A DNA stretch of 64,000 nt, taken from positions 992,001 to 1,056,000 of the forward strand of contig OY759729.1 in assembly GCA_963662585.1 (NCBI GenBank), in the 5' to 3' direction. The first letter of the stretch is position 1; each line of letters begins with the position of its first letter. The position numbers and the translations under genes are program-made. Origin of the DNA: Candidatus Cloacimonadales bacterium (lineage in GTDB: Bacteria > Cloacimonadota > Cloacimonadia > Cloacimonadales > JAFGVF01). Below the pieces are notes generated by a model, which did no database searches, was not told the DNA's origin, and was given only the letters and a program-made list of their open reading frames with translations. Shown here piece by piece: positions 31,622 through 42,641 of the stretch.

Positions 31622-32896
31622 ATGGAATACAAAGATTTCTTAGAAACACTATATCAAAGATATTCTGGAAACATCAAATTAGGTCTGCAAAGAATGTTTG
31701 AAATCCTAGCAGACATGGATAATCCCCACACAAAACTTAAGGGATTACATATAGCTGGTACCAATGGTAAAGGTTCTACCTGTGCCATGTTAGAAGCTCT
31801 TAGCTTAGCAAATAATCTTACTACTGGACTTAATACATCTCCCCATTTAGTAAATTACACAGAGAGATTTAGAATAAATGGTAATAATCTTGATTATGAG
31901 ACTATTTATAAAGAATATCAAAAATGGGAAAGTACTTTTAACAGAACTGATGCTTCCTTCTTTGAAATCACTACTGCAATTGCCTTTAAGTTATTCTTAG
32001 ATAATAAAGTAGATACTGCTATTTTTGAAGTTGGACTTGGTGGCAGATTAGATGGTACTAATCCTTTCCAATCTACAGTTACAGCTATTACTTCAATCTC
32101 TATTGATCACAGGAAAACTTTAGGTGAAACTATCGAACTAATCGCTGCTGAAAAAGCTGGGATTATTAAAGAAAATGTTCCTCTTGTTATCAGCAAGTTA
32201 AAAGCAAGCGCTTTAGAAGTAATTCTTAAAGTTGCTGACGAGAAATTTGCTCCTACTTATATTTATGATAAAGATTACTTTGTTTCCAATGTGAGAATAA
32301 CAGACAAAGGAACTCTTTTTGATTACTCTCTCCCCGAACTTAGTATTAACTTTAAAGACATTTCAGTAAATTTATTGGGCGAACATCAATCCTTAAATGC
32401 TGGTGTTGCTCTAACTTCTTTCCTCTTATATTTACAAATTAGAGGAATTCCTTTTAATGAAGAGTTAATCAGAGAAGGACTTTCAAAAGTTGTTTGGTCT
32501 GGAAGAATGCAAATCATTAACTTTGAACCTCTTACTATTCTTGATGGAGCTCATAATGATGCAGGAATGGAATTTTTAATTGATAACATCAATTCAATCT
32601 TCCCTAATCGTAAGAAAAGATTTGTCCTTGGTATTCTGCAAGATAAACCTTTCAAAGAGATGATAGGAATGGCCGCTAAGATAGCCTCTAAACTCTATCT
32701 CTGCCAAAGTAACTCCCAGCGTGCTGCTGATGTTGATTTACTTGCTGAAGTAGCTGAATCTTTACACTTGGACTATGTAAAAATCCCTGATGTCTTTGAA
32801 GCTTATCAGAAAGCAATCTCTGAAGCAGACAAAGATGATATAATTATTATCGGTGGTTCTCTTTATACAATTTCAGAAGTGCTAGCTAAGCTATAG
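31622..32896 (+). CDS. folC: Folylpolyglutamate synthase / dihydrofolate synthase
   Basis: HIAGTNGKGS, TSPHL, FEVGLGGRLD, IAAEKAGI, LDGAHN, GSLY. Confidence 0.95.
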   Translation: MEYKDFLETLYQRYSGNIKLGLQRMFEILADMDNPHTKLKGLHIAGTNGKGSTCAMLEALSLANNLTTGLNTSPHLVNYTERFRINGNNLDYETIYKEYQKWESTFNRTDASFFEITTAIAFKLFLDNKVDTAIFEVGLGGRLDGTNPFQSTVTAITSISIDHRKTLGETIELIAAEKAGIIKENVPLVISKLKASALEVILKVADEKFAPTYIYDKDYFVSNVRITDKGTLFDYSLPELSINFKDISVNLLGEHQSLNAGVALTSFLLYLQIRGIPFNEELIREGLSKVVWSGRMQIINFEPLTILDGAHNDAGMEFLIDNINSIFPNRKKRFVLGILQDKPFKEMIGMAAKIASKLYLCQSNSQRAADVDLLAEVAESLHLDYVKIPDVFEAYQKAISEADKDDIIIIGGSLYTISEVLAKL

Positions 32897-32924
32897 TCTT
32901 TCTAGCGCTATTCTTTTAACCTAG

Positions 32925-32965
32925 ATAGTGGAGTATAACCTTAATGAAGGTCTATACTCCACTAT
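32925..32965. terminator. Hairpin between convergent genes
   Basis: 13-bp inverted repeat ATAGTGGAGTATA/TATACTCCACTAT. Confidence 0.55.
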
Positions 32966-32974
32966 TTGGCTTTA

Positions 32975-33076
32975 ATCTTCTTTAGTTATCCCTTGCTCCT
33001 TCTTACTCCTCTCGAGTACTTTTCAAATAATATTTGATATGAGTAAGAAAGAGAAGAAAGAGACCAAGCTTCGAGC
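32975..33076. repeat. Degenerate palindromic repeat, family A-like copy
   Basis: ATCCCTTGCTC is the reverse complement of GAGCAAGGGAT at 15483-15493; TTCTTACTC/GAGTAAGAA arms flank a TCAAATA/TATTTGA palindrome. Confidence 0.5.
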
Positions 33077-33155
33077 ATAAATTATCCCAAGTAATACAGT
33101 TAAATTTACCAAATAATTATACCCTATCACGATTCCTACTCATGAATCTAGGATA

Positions 33156-35144
33156 CTATTTTAATAGGCTAATTTTCCTAACAAACTCACCTTGAGAAGA
33201 CTTTACTTTAACTAAATAAATTCCGGAAGTTAAGTTCTTAGGTAAAATAATTCTTTGTGTTTTACTGTTTGTTTTAAGTTTATGAACTAACTGTCCTTTC
33301 AAATTATAGATAATCACTTCAGAATTACCCCTCTGATTAACTAGTTCAAAAGAACCATGTCTAACAGGATTAGGGAATATTTGTGGTTCAAGTAGAGCTT
33401 GCTCTGAGTTATTGTTGCTTGTTTCAGAAGAAGAAATAATGATTCTATCTATTATCAGCATCAAAGTTTGAACTCCACAAGACTCTAACCAAAAGTTGCT
33501 AATAAAATCTTGGGAATTACTTGTTTGCTGAACAAAGCTCAGATGGGTCATCTCTTCCCCTATTTCGTAATAATTACCATCATTAAAATAAACAAGATTA
33601 TCGTCATCATTATTATAGATTAGGCCACACTTAACTCTCTCCATCCCCCAGGATGTAGCATAACTTTTGAGGTATATATCTATTTCGACTTGAGAAGTTT
33701 GAAAAGATGGTGATATTAACAAATCAGAAGTAGGAGGCTGACTACTTGCAAAACTAACTAAGCATTTTTCACCATTGATATCAAGCTCTAAAGGTGGTAC
33801 CACATCAGCAGGTTCAAAAATTATAAATCCAGAGGCATCTCCTTCATTGGGATAGTTACAGCCTGGAAGAGAATAAGTAGCATTTTGATCTTGGTCTATA
33901 TTCTGCCAATTACCAATATTAGTTTGAAAGGAGCTATAGTTCTCAAAGCCCTCATCAATAATTACAGACTGGTCTCCTGGAATTACCACTGAGCAAAGAT
34001 TACTTTCCACAAAACTATCATCAATGTATAAAAACTTAATTTTATAATCATAGCTATCATTTACAGAGACCTGGGTATCGATAAAAGAGTTTCCAAATTG
34101 CCTAGATATTATCTCATCATTGCGTATTATAGAATAGGGATACTGGTTTCCATATAAAGAATTCCAGGTTAATTCTACAGAATGAGCATTAACTTCTTGA
34201 TTAATCAACTCTAGGCTATCTTCAACATCCTCTGTGGTAAAGCCAAATAATTCGCTTTCATATTCACTATTATCATAAGTATAAGTTATTTCCCACTCAT
34301 AATAGGAATTGGGAGCAAAAGCTAGTAAGGGATATATTTCATAGTTATTTCCAGAGAGATGTTGAAAGTTATCCTCAATATCCAAATTAAAATAATTTGT
34401 TGGAGAATAAACAATAATTTCGGTATTATCCAAGTCCATAACACTAATCACCAATGGACTTGAACAATCAATATCTTCAGCATTATTTAAGGGTGCAACT
34501 ACTTGAGGATAATATTCCGAAATGGTAAACTCAAAGATAGAATTTGGCAGTTTATTTCTGATAAAGATAGGATCAACCAAGTTATCTAAATCAATAGGAT
34601 TATCCAAATCAATAAAGCACATTGAAGTATTTTGAGAAGTGTCAAAAGAAATGAAATCGTCTCCATTCATCCCATGATTCGAGTTATTTTCCAAGAAAAA
34701 AAGAATAAGATTGCCTGTTCCTGAATAAAAATATGGCTGATCCAGAGTTACAGTAAACCAACCATCTCCGCTACTGTTGACTGCTTGAAAATTATCAGCT
34801 GTAAAATCACCTTCAAAGCATATTTCCAATTCATTCAAATCGATATAACTTTCTTCATCTTGATATGAGTCTAGCGAGCTCTCCCCCAGCATTAGAATAG
34901 CATTACCAATATAGCTTTCTGGATTGGGGGTGTTTATATAATATTGAAATGATATTTCTGTGATAGTTCCACTGTAAGGAAAATAATCACTATCATAAAT
35001 CATCTGTGAGCCACTATGATCATAGAAAGGATCACAAGGTAAATGTTGCCAAATTTCTGTTCCATTTCCTACAAGGATTTGAAAACAGTAAATTTGAATA
35101 AAGTTAAACCATACCAAAAACAATAACAAAATCTGCTTTTTCAT
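33156..35144 (-). CDS. Secreted protein with FN3-like and cleaved-adhesin-like domains and a Por/T9SS-type C-terminal domain
   Basis: Signal peptide; VELTWNS FN3-like segment; EGFE...WQNIDQD...DLLISP adhesin-like segment; C-terminus IFPNPV...IYNLKGQLV...SGIYLVKV...KISLLK; SD AGGAGG. Confidence 0.75.
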   Translation of the reverse strand: MKKQILLLFLVWFNFIQIYCFQILVGNGTEIWQHLPCDPFYDHSGSQMIYDSDYFPYSGTITEISFQYYINTPNPESYIGNAILMLGESSLDSYQDEESYIDLNELEICFEGDFTADNFQAVNSSGDGWFTVTLDQPYFYSGTGNLILFFLENNSNHGMNGDDFISFDTSQNTSMCFIDLDNPIDLDNLVDPIFIRNKLPNSIFEFTISEYYPQVVAPLNNAEDIDCSSPLVISVMDLDNTEIIVYSPTNYFNLDIEDNFQHLSGNNYEIYPLLAFAPNSYYEWEITYTYDNSEYESELFGFTTEDVEDSLELINQEVNAHSVELTWNSLYGNQYPYSIIRNDEIISRQFGNSFIDTQVSVNDSYDYKIKFLYIDDSFVESNLCSVVIPGDQSVIIDEGFENYSSFQTNIGNWQNIDQDQNATYSLPGCNYPNEGDASGFIIFEPADVVPPLELDINGEKCLVSFASSQPPTSDLLISPSFQTSQVEIDIYLKSYATSWGMERVKCGLIYNNDDDNLVYFNDGNYYEIGEEMTHLSFVQQTSNSQDFISNFWLESCGVQTLMLIIDRIIISSSETSNNNSEQALLEPQIFPNPVRHGSFELVNQRGNSEVIIYNLKGQLVHKLKTNSKTQRIILPKNLTSGIYLVKVKSSQGEFVRKISLLK

Positions 35145-35468
35145 AATTCCTCCTAAAAACTAATTGTCTCTTTTATTAATTTATTGTCAATACTTTTATT
35201 AATAATTATCTTAATAATTCCAACCTTCTCTTTAATTTATAAAATTACTAATCTCTAATTTGTTCATTGTCTTATAGTTATATTTTTCTAACTAAATTAG
35301 TAGCTTTCATATTTTAACTAATATTAATTAAAATTTCTTTATTAAGATTGAGTGAATTTAGTTAAAAATATCATTTTTTAGTGAAACTTTTATTGACATA
35401 AAAATGGGTAAATAATTCTATGGCTATATTAATAAAAATAAACAAAATAAGAAAATAAGGAGTGAGAC

Positions 35469-38400
35469 ATGGCTCAGTTCAAGAAAGAAACAATGGACGG
35501 AAATACAGCGGCTGCTCATGTAGCATATGCTTTTAGTGAAGTTGCTGCCATCTATCCAATTACTCCATCTTCAAACATGGGTGAATCAACAGACGCCTGG
35601 TCTGCAAATGGTAGAAAAAATATTTTTGGAACAACAGTAGATGTAGCTGAACTTCAATCAGAAGGTGGAGCTGCTGGGGCAGTGCATGGAGCTTTATCAG
35701 CAGGTGCACTTACCACAACATTCACAGCTTCTCAAGGTCTATTGCTTATGTTACCAAACATGCATAAAATTGCTGGTGAAATGTTACCAACTAACTTCTG
35801 GGTATCAGCTCGTTCATTAGCAGCTCAATCATTATCAATTTTTGGTGATCATTCAGATGTTATGTCAGCTAGAAATACTGGTTTTGCCTTAATGTGTTGT
35901 AACTCTGTTCAAGAAGTTATGGATATTGGTGTTGCCTCACATCTAGCTACTTTAAAAACAACAGTTCCTTTCTTAACATTCTTCGATGGATTCAGAACTT
36001 CTCACGAAATTCAAAAAATCGAAGTAATTGATTATGATACAATCGCTTCTTTAGTTGAAACTAAATATATTGAAAACTTCAGAGCCAACGGTCTTAATCC
36101 TGAAGCTCCTAGATTAAAAACAGGTGCTCAAAATCCTGATGTTTACTTCCAAGGAAGAGAAACAACTAACAAACAATATGCAGATACTCCTGCTGTTGTA
36201 GAAGAATATTTAAACAAAGTATCAGAGCTTACAGGTAGAAATTATAATTTATTTGACTATGTTGGAGCTCCTGACGCAGATTCAATCATTATTGCAATGG
36301 GTTCAGGTTGTGAAACTATTGAAGAAGCTGTAGAATTTTTAAACAAGAATGGTAAAAAATATGGTCTTCTTAAAGTAAGATTATACAGACCATTCTCAGT
36401 TGATCATTTTGTTAAAGCAATTCCTGAAAGTGTTACTAAAATTGCAGTTTTAGATAGAACAAAAGAACCAGGTGCTATCGGCGAACCATTATATTTAGAT
36501 GTTGTTACAGCACTTAAGAATAAGAACTTATTCATTATTGGTGGTCGTTATGGCTTATCATCAAAAGAATTTACTCCTGGTATGGTTAAATCTGTATTCA
36601 ATCATCTTGATGCAAAAGGTTTCCATGGCTTCACAGTAGGTATCAATGATGATGTTACCAACTTATCACTTCCAATGGATGAAGTAATCAATGCTATCCC
36701 TGCTGATACAATTTCATGTAAATTCTGGGGTTTAGGTTCTGATGGTACTGTTGGTGCTAACAAAAACTCTATCAAAATCATTGGTGACAACACAGACTTA
36801 TGGGCTCAAGGTTACTTCCAATATGATTCAAAGAAATCAGGTGGTATCACTCGTAGTCATTTAAGATTTGGTGAATCAAGAATTAGAGCTCAATATATTG
36901 TTAATAGCCCTGACTTCGTAGCATGTCATAACCCTGCATTTATCGGTCGTTATGATATTTTAGAAGGTATCAAAGAAAATGGTACTTTCTTATTAAATTC
37001 TCATTTCTCAAATGATGAAGTTTTTGCTAATCTTACTAAAGATATGCAAGAAACAATTATTAAGAAAAACATTAGCTTCTATAATATCAATGCTTTAGAA
37101 ATTGCTAACCAAGTTGGTCTAGGTGGAAGAATTAATACTGTTATGCAAGCTGCCTTCTTTATTATTTCTAAAGTTCTTCCTAAAGATAAAGCTATTGAAT
37201 TAATTAAAAAAGCTATTACAAAATCTTACATGAAAAAAGGTGAAGATATTGTTAAAATGAATATCCTTGCTGTTGATAAAGTTGAAGAAGCCTTAGTTAA
37301 AATCGATGTTCCAGCTTCAATGATTGATGCTCATATCATCGAAAAGAAATTAGTTCCTGATAATGCAGATGCATTCACAAGAAATATCATTGAGCCAATT
37401 ATGCGTGAGAAAGGTGATGATATCCCTGTTTCTGCAATGCCTCACGATGGTTATATACCTACTGGAACTGCTTCTTTAGAAAAAAGAGGTGTAGCTCCAT
37501 TTGTTCCACATTGGGATGCAGAAAAATGTATTCAGTGTAACCAATGTTCAATGGTATGTCCTCACGCTGCTATCCGTGCTAAATTAATTCCTGTTGATGA
37601 ATTAACTAATGCTCCAGAAAGCTTTGTTACTTTAGATGAAATGATGGAAAGCCGTAAAGGTGAAGTAAAACATAAATACAAAATCCAAGTATATATCGAT
37701 GACTGTCAAGGCTGTAAAGCATGTGTTCTTGAATGTCCTAAAAATGCTTTATCTATGAGTCCTATCGATGAAGAAAGAGCAAAAGGTGAGCAAGCAAATT
37801 ACGAATACTTTGAGTCATTACCTACAGATATTCTTGGTGATTACAAAGAAGATTCAGTAAAAGGTTCTCAGTTCAAACAACCTCTTCTTGAGTTCTCAGG
37901 AGCTTGTGCTGGTTGTGGAGAAACACCTTATGTGAAGCTTATCACTCAATTAGTTGGCGACAGAATGCTGATTGCTAATGCTACAGGTTGTTCTTCAATC
38001 TGGGGTGGAACATTCCCAACAGTTCCTTATTGCAAAAATAAGAATGGTAATGGTCCTGCTTGGGCAAACTCTCTCTTTGAAGATAATGCAGAATATGCTT
38101 TTGGTTTCAGATTAGCTGTTAATGCTAACAGAAAGCAATTAAAATATAATGTAGAAAAATTACTTCCTGTATTAAACTGTGAAGGATGCAAAGAAAAATT
38201 CAATTATGCTTTGGAAAACTGGACTTCAGTTGATCAAGCAGCTAAAGAAAATATCCTTGCTATCAAAAAAATACTTCCTACTTTATTAGAAAAAGCAACT
38301 CCTGAAACAAAACCTATGATTTCTAAAATCATTGAGCTTCAATCTTATTTCTTAGAGAAGTCAGTTTGGGGATTTGGTGGTGACGGTTGGGCTTATGATA

Positions 38401-38996
38401 TCGGATTTGGTGGTTTAGACCATGTATTAGCTCAAAATAAGAATGTTAATATTCTTGTTATGGATACAGAAGTTTATTCCAATACTGGTGGTCAAGCTTC
38501 AAAAGCTACTCCTTTAGGTTCAGTTGCTAAATTCGCAGAATCAGGAAAAACTACTAATAAAAAAGATCTTGGCAAGATGATGATGTCTTATGGCTACATT
38601 TATGTTGCTCAAATCTCTATGGGTGCTAACAAAAATCAAGCTATTAAAGCTATCAAAGAAGCTGAAGCTTATGATGGACCATCTATCATTTTAGCTTATG
38701 CTCCATGTATTAATCATGGTATTGATATGTCAGAAGCCCAAAAAATCGAAAAAGCAGCAGTTGATTGTGGTTACTGGTTAACTTACAGATATAATCCTGC
38801 TCTCAGAGCTGAAGGAAAAAATCCTTTCCAATTAGATTCAAAGAAACCTACTGGTGATCCTATTGAATTTATCGAAGCTGAAAAAAGATACTCATCACTA
38901 AAAACTACCTTCCCTGGTAAAGTTGATGAATATCGTGCAGAACTTAAAAAATGGGTAGAAGAGAGATATTTAAGCTACGCAAAAATGGCTGATTAA
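35469..38996 (+). CDS. nifJ: Pyruvate:ferredoxin (flavodoxin) oxidoreductase
   Basis: IYPITPSS, QSEGGAAG, DGFRTSHE, GSDGTVGANK, two CxxCxxCxxxCP clusters, FSGACAGCGE, GGDGWAYDIG. Confidence 0.97.
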   Translation: MAQFKKETMDGNTAAAHVAYAFSEVAAIYPITPSSNMGESTDAWSANGRKNIFGTTVDVAELQSEGGAAGAVHGALSAGALTTTFTASQGLLLMLPNMHKIAGEMLPTNFWVSARSLAAQSLSIFGDHSDVMSARNTGFALMCCNSVQEVMDIGVASHLATLKTTVPFLTFFDGFRTSHEIQKIEVIDYDTIASLVETKYIENFRANGLNPEAPRLKTGAQNPDVYFQGRETTNKQYADTPAVVEEYLNKVSELTGRNYNLFDYVGAPDADSIIIAMGSGCETIEEAVEFLNKNGKKYGLLKVRLYRPFSVDHFVKAIPESVTKIAVLDRTKEPGAIGEPLYLDVVTALKNKNLFIIGGRYGLSSKEFTPGMVKSVFNHLDAKGFHGFTVGINDDVTNLSLPMDEVINAIPADTISCKFWGLGSDGTVGANKNSIKIIGDNTDLWAQGYFQYDSKKSGGITRSHLRFGESRIRAQYIVNSPDFVACHNPAFIGRYDILEGIKENGTFLLNSHFSNDEVFANLTKDMQETIIKKNISFYNINALEIANQVGLGGRINTVMQAAFFIISKVLPKDKAIELIKKAITKSYMKKGEDIVKMNILAVDKVEEALVKIDVPASMIDAHIIEKKLVPDNADAFTRNIIEPIMREKGDDIPVSAMPHDGYIPTGTASLEKRGVAPFVPHWDAEKCIQCNQCSMVCPHAAIRAKLIPVDELTNAPESFVTLDEMMESRKGEVKHKYKIQVYIDDCQGCKACVLECPKNALSMSPIDEERAKGEQANYEYFESLPTDILGDYKEDSVKGSQFKQPLLEFSGACAGCGETPYVKLITQLVGDRMLIANATGCSSIWGGTFPTVPYCKNKNGNGPAWANSLFEDNAEYAFGFRLAVNANRKQLKYNVEKLLPVLNCEGCKEKFNYALENWTSVDQAAKENILAIKKILPTLLEKATPETKPMISKIIELQSYFLEKSVWGFGGDGWAYDIGFGGLDHVLAQNKNVNILVMDTEVYSNTGGQASKATPLGSVAKFAESGKTTNKKDLGKMMMSYGYIYVAQISMGANKNQAIKAIKEAEAYDGPSIILAYAPCINHGIDMSEAQKIEKAAVDCGYWLTYRYNPALRAEGKNPFQLDSKKPTGDPIEFIEAEKRYSSLKTTFPGKVDEYRAELKKWVEERYLSYAKMAD

Positions 38997-39019
38997 TCTC
39001 TAAAAACTAACTATAAATT

Positions 39020-39053
39020 AAACAGGAATTTGAATTCAAATTCCTGTTTTTTT
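39020..39053 (+). terminator. Terminator after nifJ
   Basis: Stem AAACAGGAATTTG/CAAATTCCTGTTT followed by a T-run. Confidence 0.8.
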
Positions 39054-39075
39054 ATAATTAACTAATTTAGAAAAT

Positions 39076-42000
39076 CTATATATTTTTGTTCTTGTATTCA
39101 GTAGCTTCCTGAATAATCAAAGCGATATTGGAGATACTTAATAATTCAGGCATCTCACTATCTATCAAACCTAGGGTATTCTTTCCCTCATCACTATCAA
39201 GCTTATCAATCTGTAGATTAACTGCAATAACAAAAGGCTGATAAATATTCTTTAGCAACCTAATCTCTTTTAGAGTATTTAGGTTATTTATACTCATGAA
39301 GGTAAAATCAAAGAAAATTACATCATAAGTAGTTTTATTAATGATCTCTTTTAAATCTTCTTCAGGAGTACAAATATCTATCTTCTGATTAAGATTCTCA
39401 AGCACTTTATAAAGAACAAAATGGCTAATATTGCTATAATTAACTATTAGCACCTTAAGAGGATAAATATTATCTATATTATTTTGCCTATAAGTCCACA
39501 CATCATTTGGTAGAATAAACTTATGAATATTGTTCTCTGTTTCTGAATCTAGAGTCTCTGTACTTTCATCAGCCTTAGTAAACTTCTTTATTTTGAATTC
39601 ATATTTTAAACTGCTAGATGAAGCATTATTGTATTCTATTTTCCCGTCTAATAAACTAACTAATTTAGACATGATCAGATAATTAAATCTAAATTCACTA
39701 AGATATTCTAAGTTGAGAATATTCTGCTTTTTCTCTCCTTCTACTTTAACATACTTTCTATTCTTAGGTAATGATTCTTGCTTGTGAAGAATAAACTTTA
39801 AATAGTTTTCTTCATCTGATATGATATCTATAAGCAGTGGTTTGGACGGAGATTCTTTAGCTAATTTTATTATAAGAATTTCCATTAGTTTTTTTAATTT
39901 ATCAAGAGCTAAATACTGGATACTTTCTAAACTTTCATCCACCGAGAAATATATATCTGTAATATTTGAGCCTTCAATGAGAGTCTTTGCTGTGTAAGTA
40001 ATAAACTCTGATAAATTACATTTCACTAAATTTAAGTCCTTGGATTCTATCTCTAATTGGAAATTAGTCATTTCACTAACTATATATAGCAATTGACGGG
40101 ATAAATCTTGAAGCATCTTTAGATAATCATCAATATCTGATTTATCTGCACTATTCTTTACTAAATCGATAATCCCATGTATTGAGTTAATTGGTGTATT
40201 TAAATCTTGCCCAAAGTTTTTATAGAAGTTATTCTTAGCATCATTAAAGGCTTTCTGTTCTTCAAGAAGATGTTTAATTTTATTTTGAATTATATTTCTA
40301 GCTGTAATATCTGTGAGAGAAGAGATAACTTCTCTTGTTTCAGGGACGACAACAACATTTAGTAGTACATCTAAGACAAATCCTTTCTTATTAACTAACT
40401 TAATTTCATAATTATCTGATATGGGAAGTTTATTTTGATACCTCAGTTCTCTATTGTTAAGCATCTTATTAATCTCAGATTCTTCTACGAAATTTTGCCA
40501 AGTCATTTTATTAACAATTTCCTCTTTAGTATATCCACTTAGCTCTTCAAATTTATTATTTACCATAGTCACTAAGTTATTTTCGGTTACTGTGATCATT
40601 GCAATACCGCTATTATCATAAACCGAACGATATTTCTTTTCTTCACTCTCTAACCTTTTAAAGAGATAGTACTTTTCTGTAACATTAGTCCCTGTAAGGA
40701 TAAAGTATTTTATCCCTTTCGTAGTTATATTTGTAAAAACACAATCAACAATAAGTTTCTTACCATTGTTACTTATAAGTCTGAGTTGGATACTAAGATT
40801 GTCTTTACTTACATCATTATTCTCAATGCACCTTTTAATTGTTTCAATATCACTTTCTAATTCAATATTTTGCCAAAGTTCTTGTCCTGTTATCGTATTA
40901 GCGTCAAATTCTAAAGTTGAAATAGCACAACGATTAGCTCTATTTATAACACCAGCTTTATCAAAAACAATAACCAAGGATTCTTCATAATCCTGAACTG
41001 CAGTGATAAAATTCCTTTCGTCTTCTAATTCATTAGTTCTATCCTTAACTATTATCTCCAAGTTTTCTTTAAGATTTGTCAATGATTCATTACTTTCTAA
41101 AAGATCATTTTTAAGTCTATTTTTCTTTATTAAGGTGATTATTAACCAGAATATAATAGCAGATAAGATTAAGACAATTAAGGAGAACCTAACAATTAGC
41201 TTCTTATTCCGGCTTAAATATGATTCTTGATAATTAATAAGCTTGGAATGGTCAGGTAAGTCACTGAGTTTAATACCCCATTTCTGTAACACCTTGTAAT
41301 CAAAATAGTAGGTATTAGGGCTAATATCAATAATGTCTAACTTATCAGCCTTTGCACCTTGGAGAATTTTAATTGCTAAGTCTGCAGCATTTTCTCCCTG
41401 TAATGTCCCACTTGTTAAGAAACCACCAACTGCACCATAGCCCAGACTAAAATCTATAGACACATAAACAGGTACATTTGCAGATTCTGTAACTAACATA
41501 ATACTCTCATCATACTCTAGAAATCGCCCTTCATTATCTTTGAAAAACAGACTATATAGAACAACAGTATTAGGACTTAGATTTCGTAATTTTTCTTTTA
41601 AATCGGCGACAGAAATATCATCAACTATTTCGATATCAATATCTTCTTTAAAGTCTCTGATGTCTGCCATAATATTAATCTTGTTAAGTTCTCCTGTGGG
41701 AGTCATTTCATTAATAACAATGATTTTTTCTACATTCTTATGGATTTTCTTAATGAGTTCAAAATTTTCTAAAGAAACAATTTTTTCTCTAACTCCAGTT
41801 ACATTCTTCATGTCGCCTAATTGCGAAGGTTCAAAATAATTTAATCCGCAAAAGACAATTGGGGTATCTTCAAATACAGTATCCCTTAGTTCTTTAACCA
41901 TTTCAAAAGCGTTATTATCTGCAACAATAACAACATCAAAAGTGCTATCTTCATACTTGTATTTAAGCATCATTTTGAGATTTTCTTTAAATTGAGGAGA

Positions 42001-42219
42001 AGTAAATCTTTTAGTATCAAGGAATTCAGTTCTAATACGAATATTACTATCATATTGTTTGAGAGTAGATTTTATCCCATTATTAACATTATCAGTCCAC
42101 AAAAATCCACTATGATAAGATTGAATAATAAGTACTTGTGGGATTTTGTAATTTATATCATTGGCATTTAGAATTACTAATACCACGATAAAGATAATAG
42201 TAGTTAATATTCTCTTCAT
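39076..42219 (-). CDS. Membrane sensor: ABC-substrate-binding-like periplasmic domain, TM, two PAS domains, degenerate HisKA/HATPase/receiver
   Basis: VLIIQSYHSGFLWT, EFLDTKR, PIVFCGLN, GAVGGF in the sensor domain; PAS VNNKFEELSGYTKEEI; H-box-like NFGQDLNTPINSI lacks His; receiver-like KVLIVN...YDVIFFD. Confidence 0.8.
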   Translation of the reverse strand: MKRILTTIIFIVVLVILNANDINYKIPQVLIIQSYHSGFLWTDNVNNGIKSTLKQYDSNIRIRTEFLDTKRFTSPQFKENLKMMLKYKYEDSTFDVVIVADNNAFEMVKELRDTVFEDTPIVFCGLNYFEPSQLGDMKNVTGVREKIVSLENFELIKKIHKNVEKIIVINEMTPTGELNKINIMADIRDFKEDIDIEIVDDISVADLKEKLRNLSPNTVVLYSLFFKDNEGRFLEYDESIMLVTESANVPVYVSIDFSLGYGAVGGFLTSGTLQGENAADLAIKILQGAKADKLDIIDISPNTYYFDYKVLQKWGIKLSDLPDHSKLINYQESYLSRNKKLIVRFSLIVLILSAIIFWLIITLIKKNRLKNDLLESNESLTNLKENLEIIVKDRTNELEDERNFITAVQDYEESLVIVFDKAGVINRANRCAISTLEFDANTITGQELWQNIELESDIETIKRCIENNDVSKDNLSIQLRLISNNGKKLIVDCVFTNITTKGIKYFILTGTNVTEKYYLFKRLESEEKKYRSVYDNSGIAMITVTENNLVTMVNNKFEELSGYTKEEIVNKMTWQNFVEESEINKMLNNRELRYQNKLPISDNYEIKLVNKKGFVLDVLLNVVVVPETREVISSLTDITARNIIQNKIKHLLEEQKAFNDAKNNFYKNFGQDLNTPINSIHGIIDLVKNSADKSDIDDYLKMLQDLSRQLLYIVSEMTNFQLEIESKDLNLVKCNLSEFITYTAKTLIEGSNITDIYFSVDESLESIQYLALDKLKKLMEILIIKLAKESPSKPLLIDIISDEENYLKFILHKQESLPKNRKYVKVEGEKKQNILNLEYLSEFRFNYLIMSKLVSLLDGKIEYNNASSSSLKYEFKIKKFTKADESTETLDSETENNIHKFILPNDVWTYRQNNIDNIYPLKVLIVNYSNISHFVLYKVLENLNQKIDICTPEEDLKEIINKTTYDVIFFDFTFMSINNLNTLKEIRLLKNIYQPFVIAVNLQIDKLDSDEGKNTLGLIDSEMPELLSISNIALIIQEATEYKNKNI

Positions 42220-42470
42220 AATAACCCCTTAATTTAAAGATAATATATATAATAATCCTAAATGGTGAGATTCCAAATTTTTATAAAACTTTGTTTAAGA
42301 ATGTCAGCCATAAAGGTAAAAACTTCTACAAGAATAATAGTAAATCATAGAATTTAATATTTGATAATTAGAAGTATCAAGCTAAAATTGAAATAAATTT
42401 AAATTTTTCTTGACTAAAAAGAATGCTAATCAGTTGTTGAGTAATAAATCATAATAATTGAGGAGCTACG

Positions 42471-42635
42471 ATGGCAAAGAATTTCCGTGGAAAAAATATT
42501 GATAAAAAAAGAGGAACCTGTCCTTCATGCAATAGAACAGGAGTTAAGCTTCTTCATGAAGTAAAAAAAGACAATAAAACTATAATGGTTTGTAAGGTTT
42601 GTAAAAAAGTTGACCCTGCAAAAATAGAGGCATAA
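42471..42635 (+). CDS. 54-aa basic Cys4 zinc-ribbon protein (below the ORF-track cutoff)
   Basis: MAKNFRGKNIDKKRGTCPSCNRTGVKLLHEVKKDNKTIMVCKVCKKVDPAKIEA; SD GAGGAG; TTGACT upstream at 42410; terminator directly downstream. Confidence 0.85.
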   Translation: MAKNFRGKNIDKKRGTCPSCNRTGVKLLHEVKKDNKTIMVCKVCKKVDPAKIEA

Positions 42636-42641
42636 GTTTTT

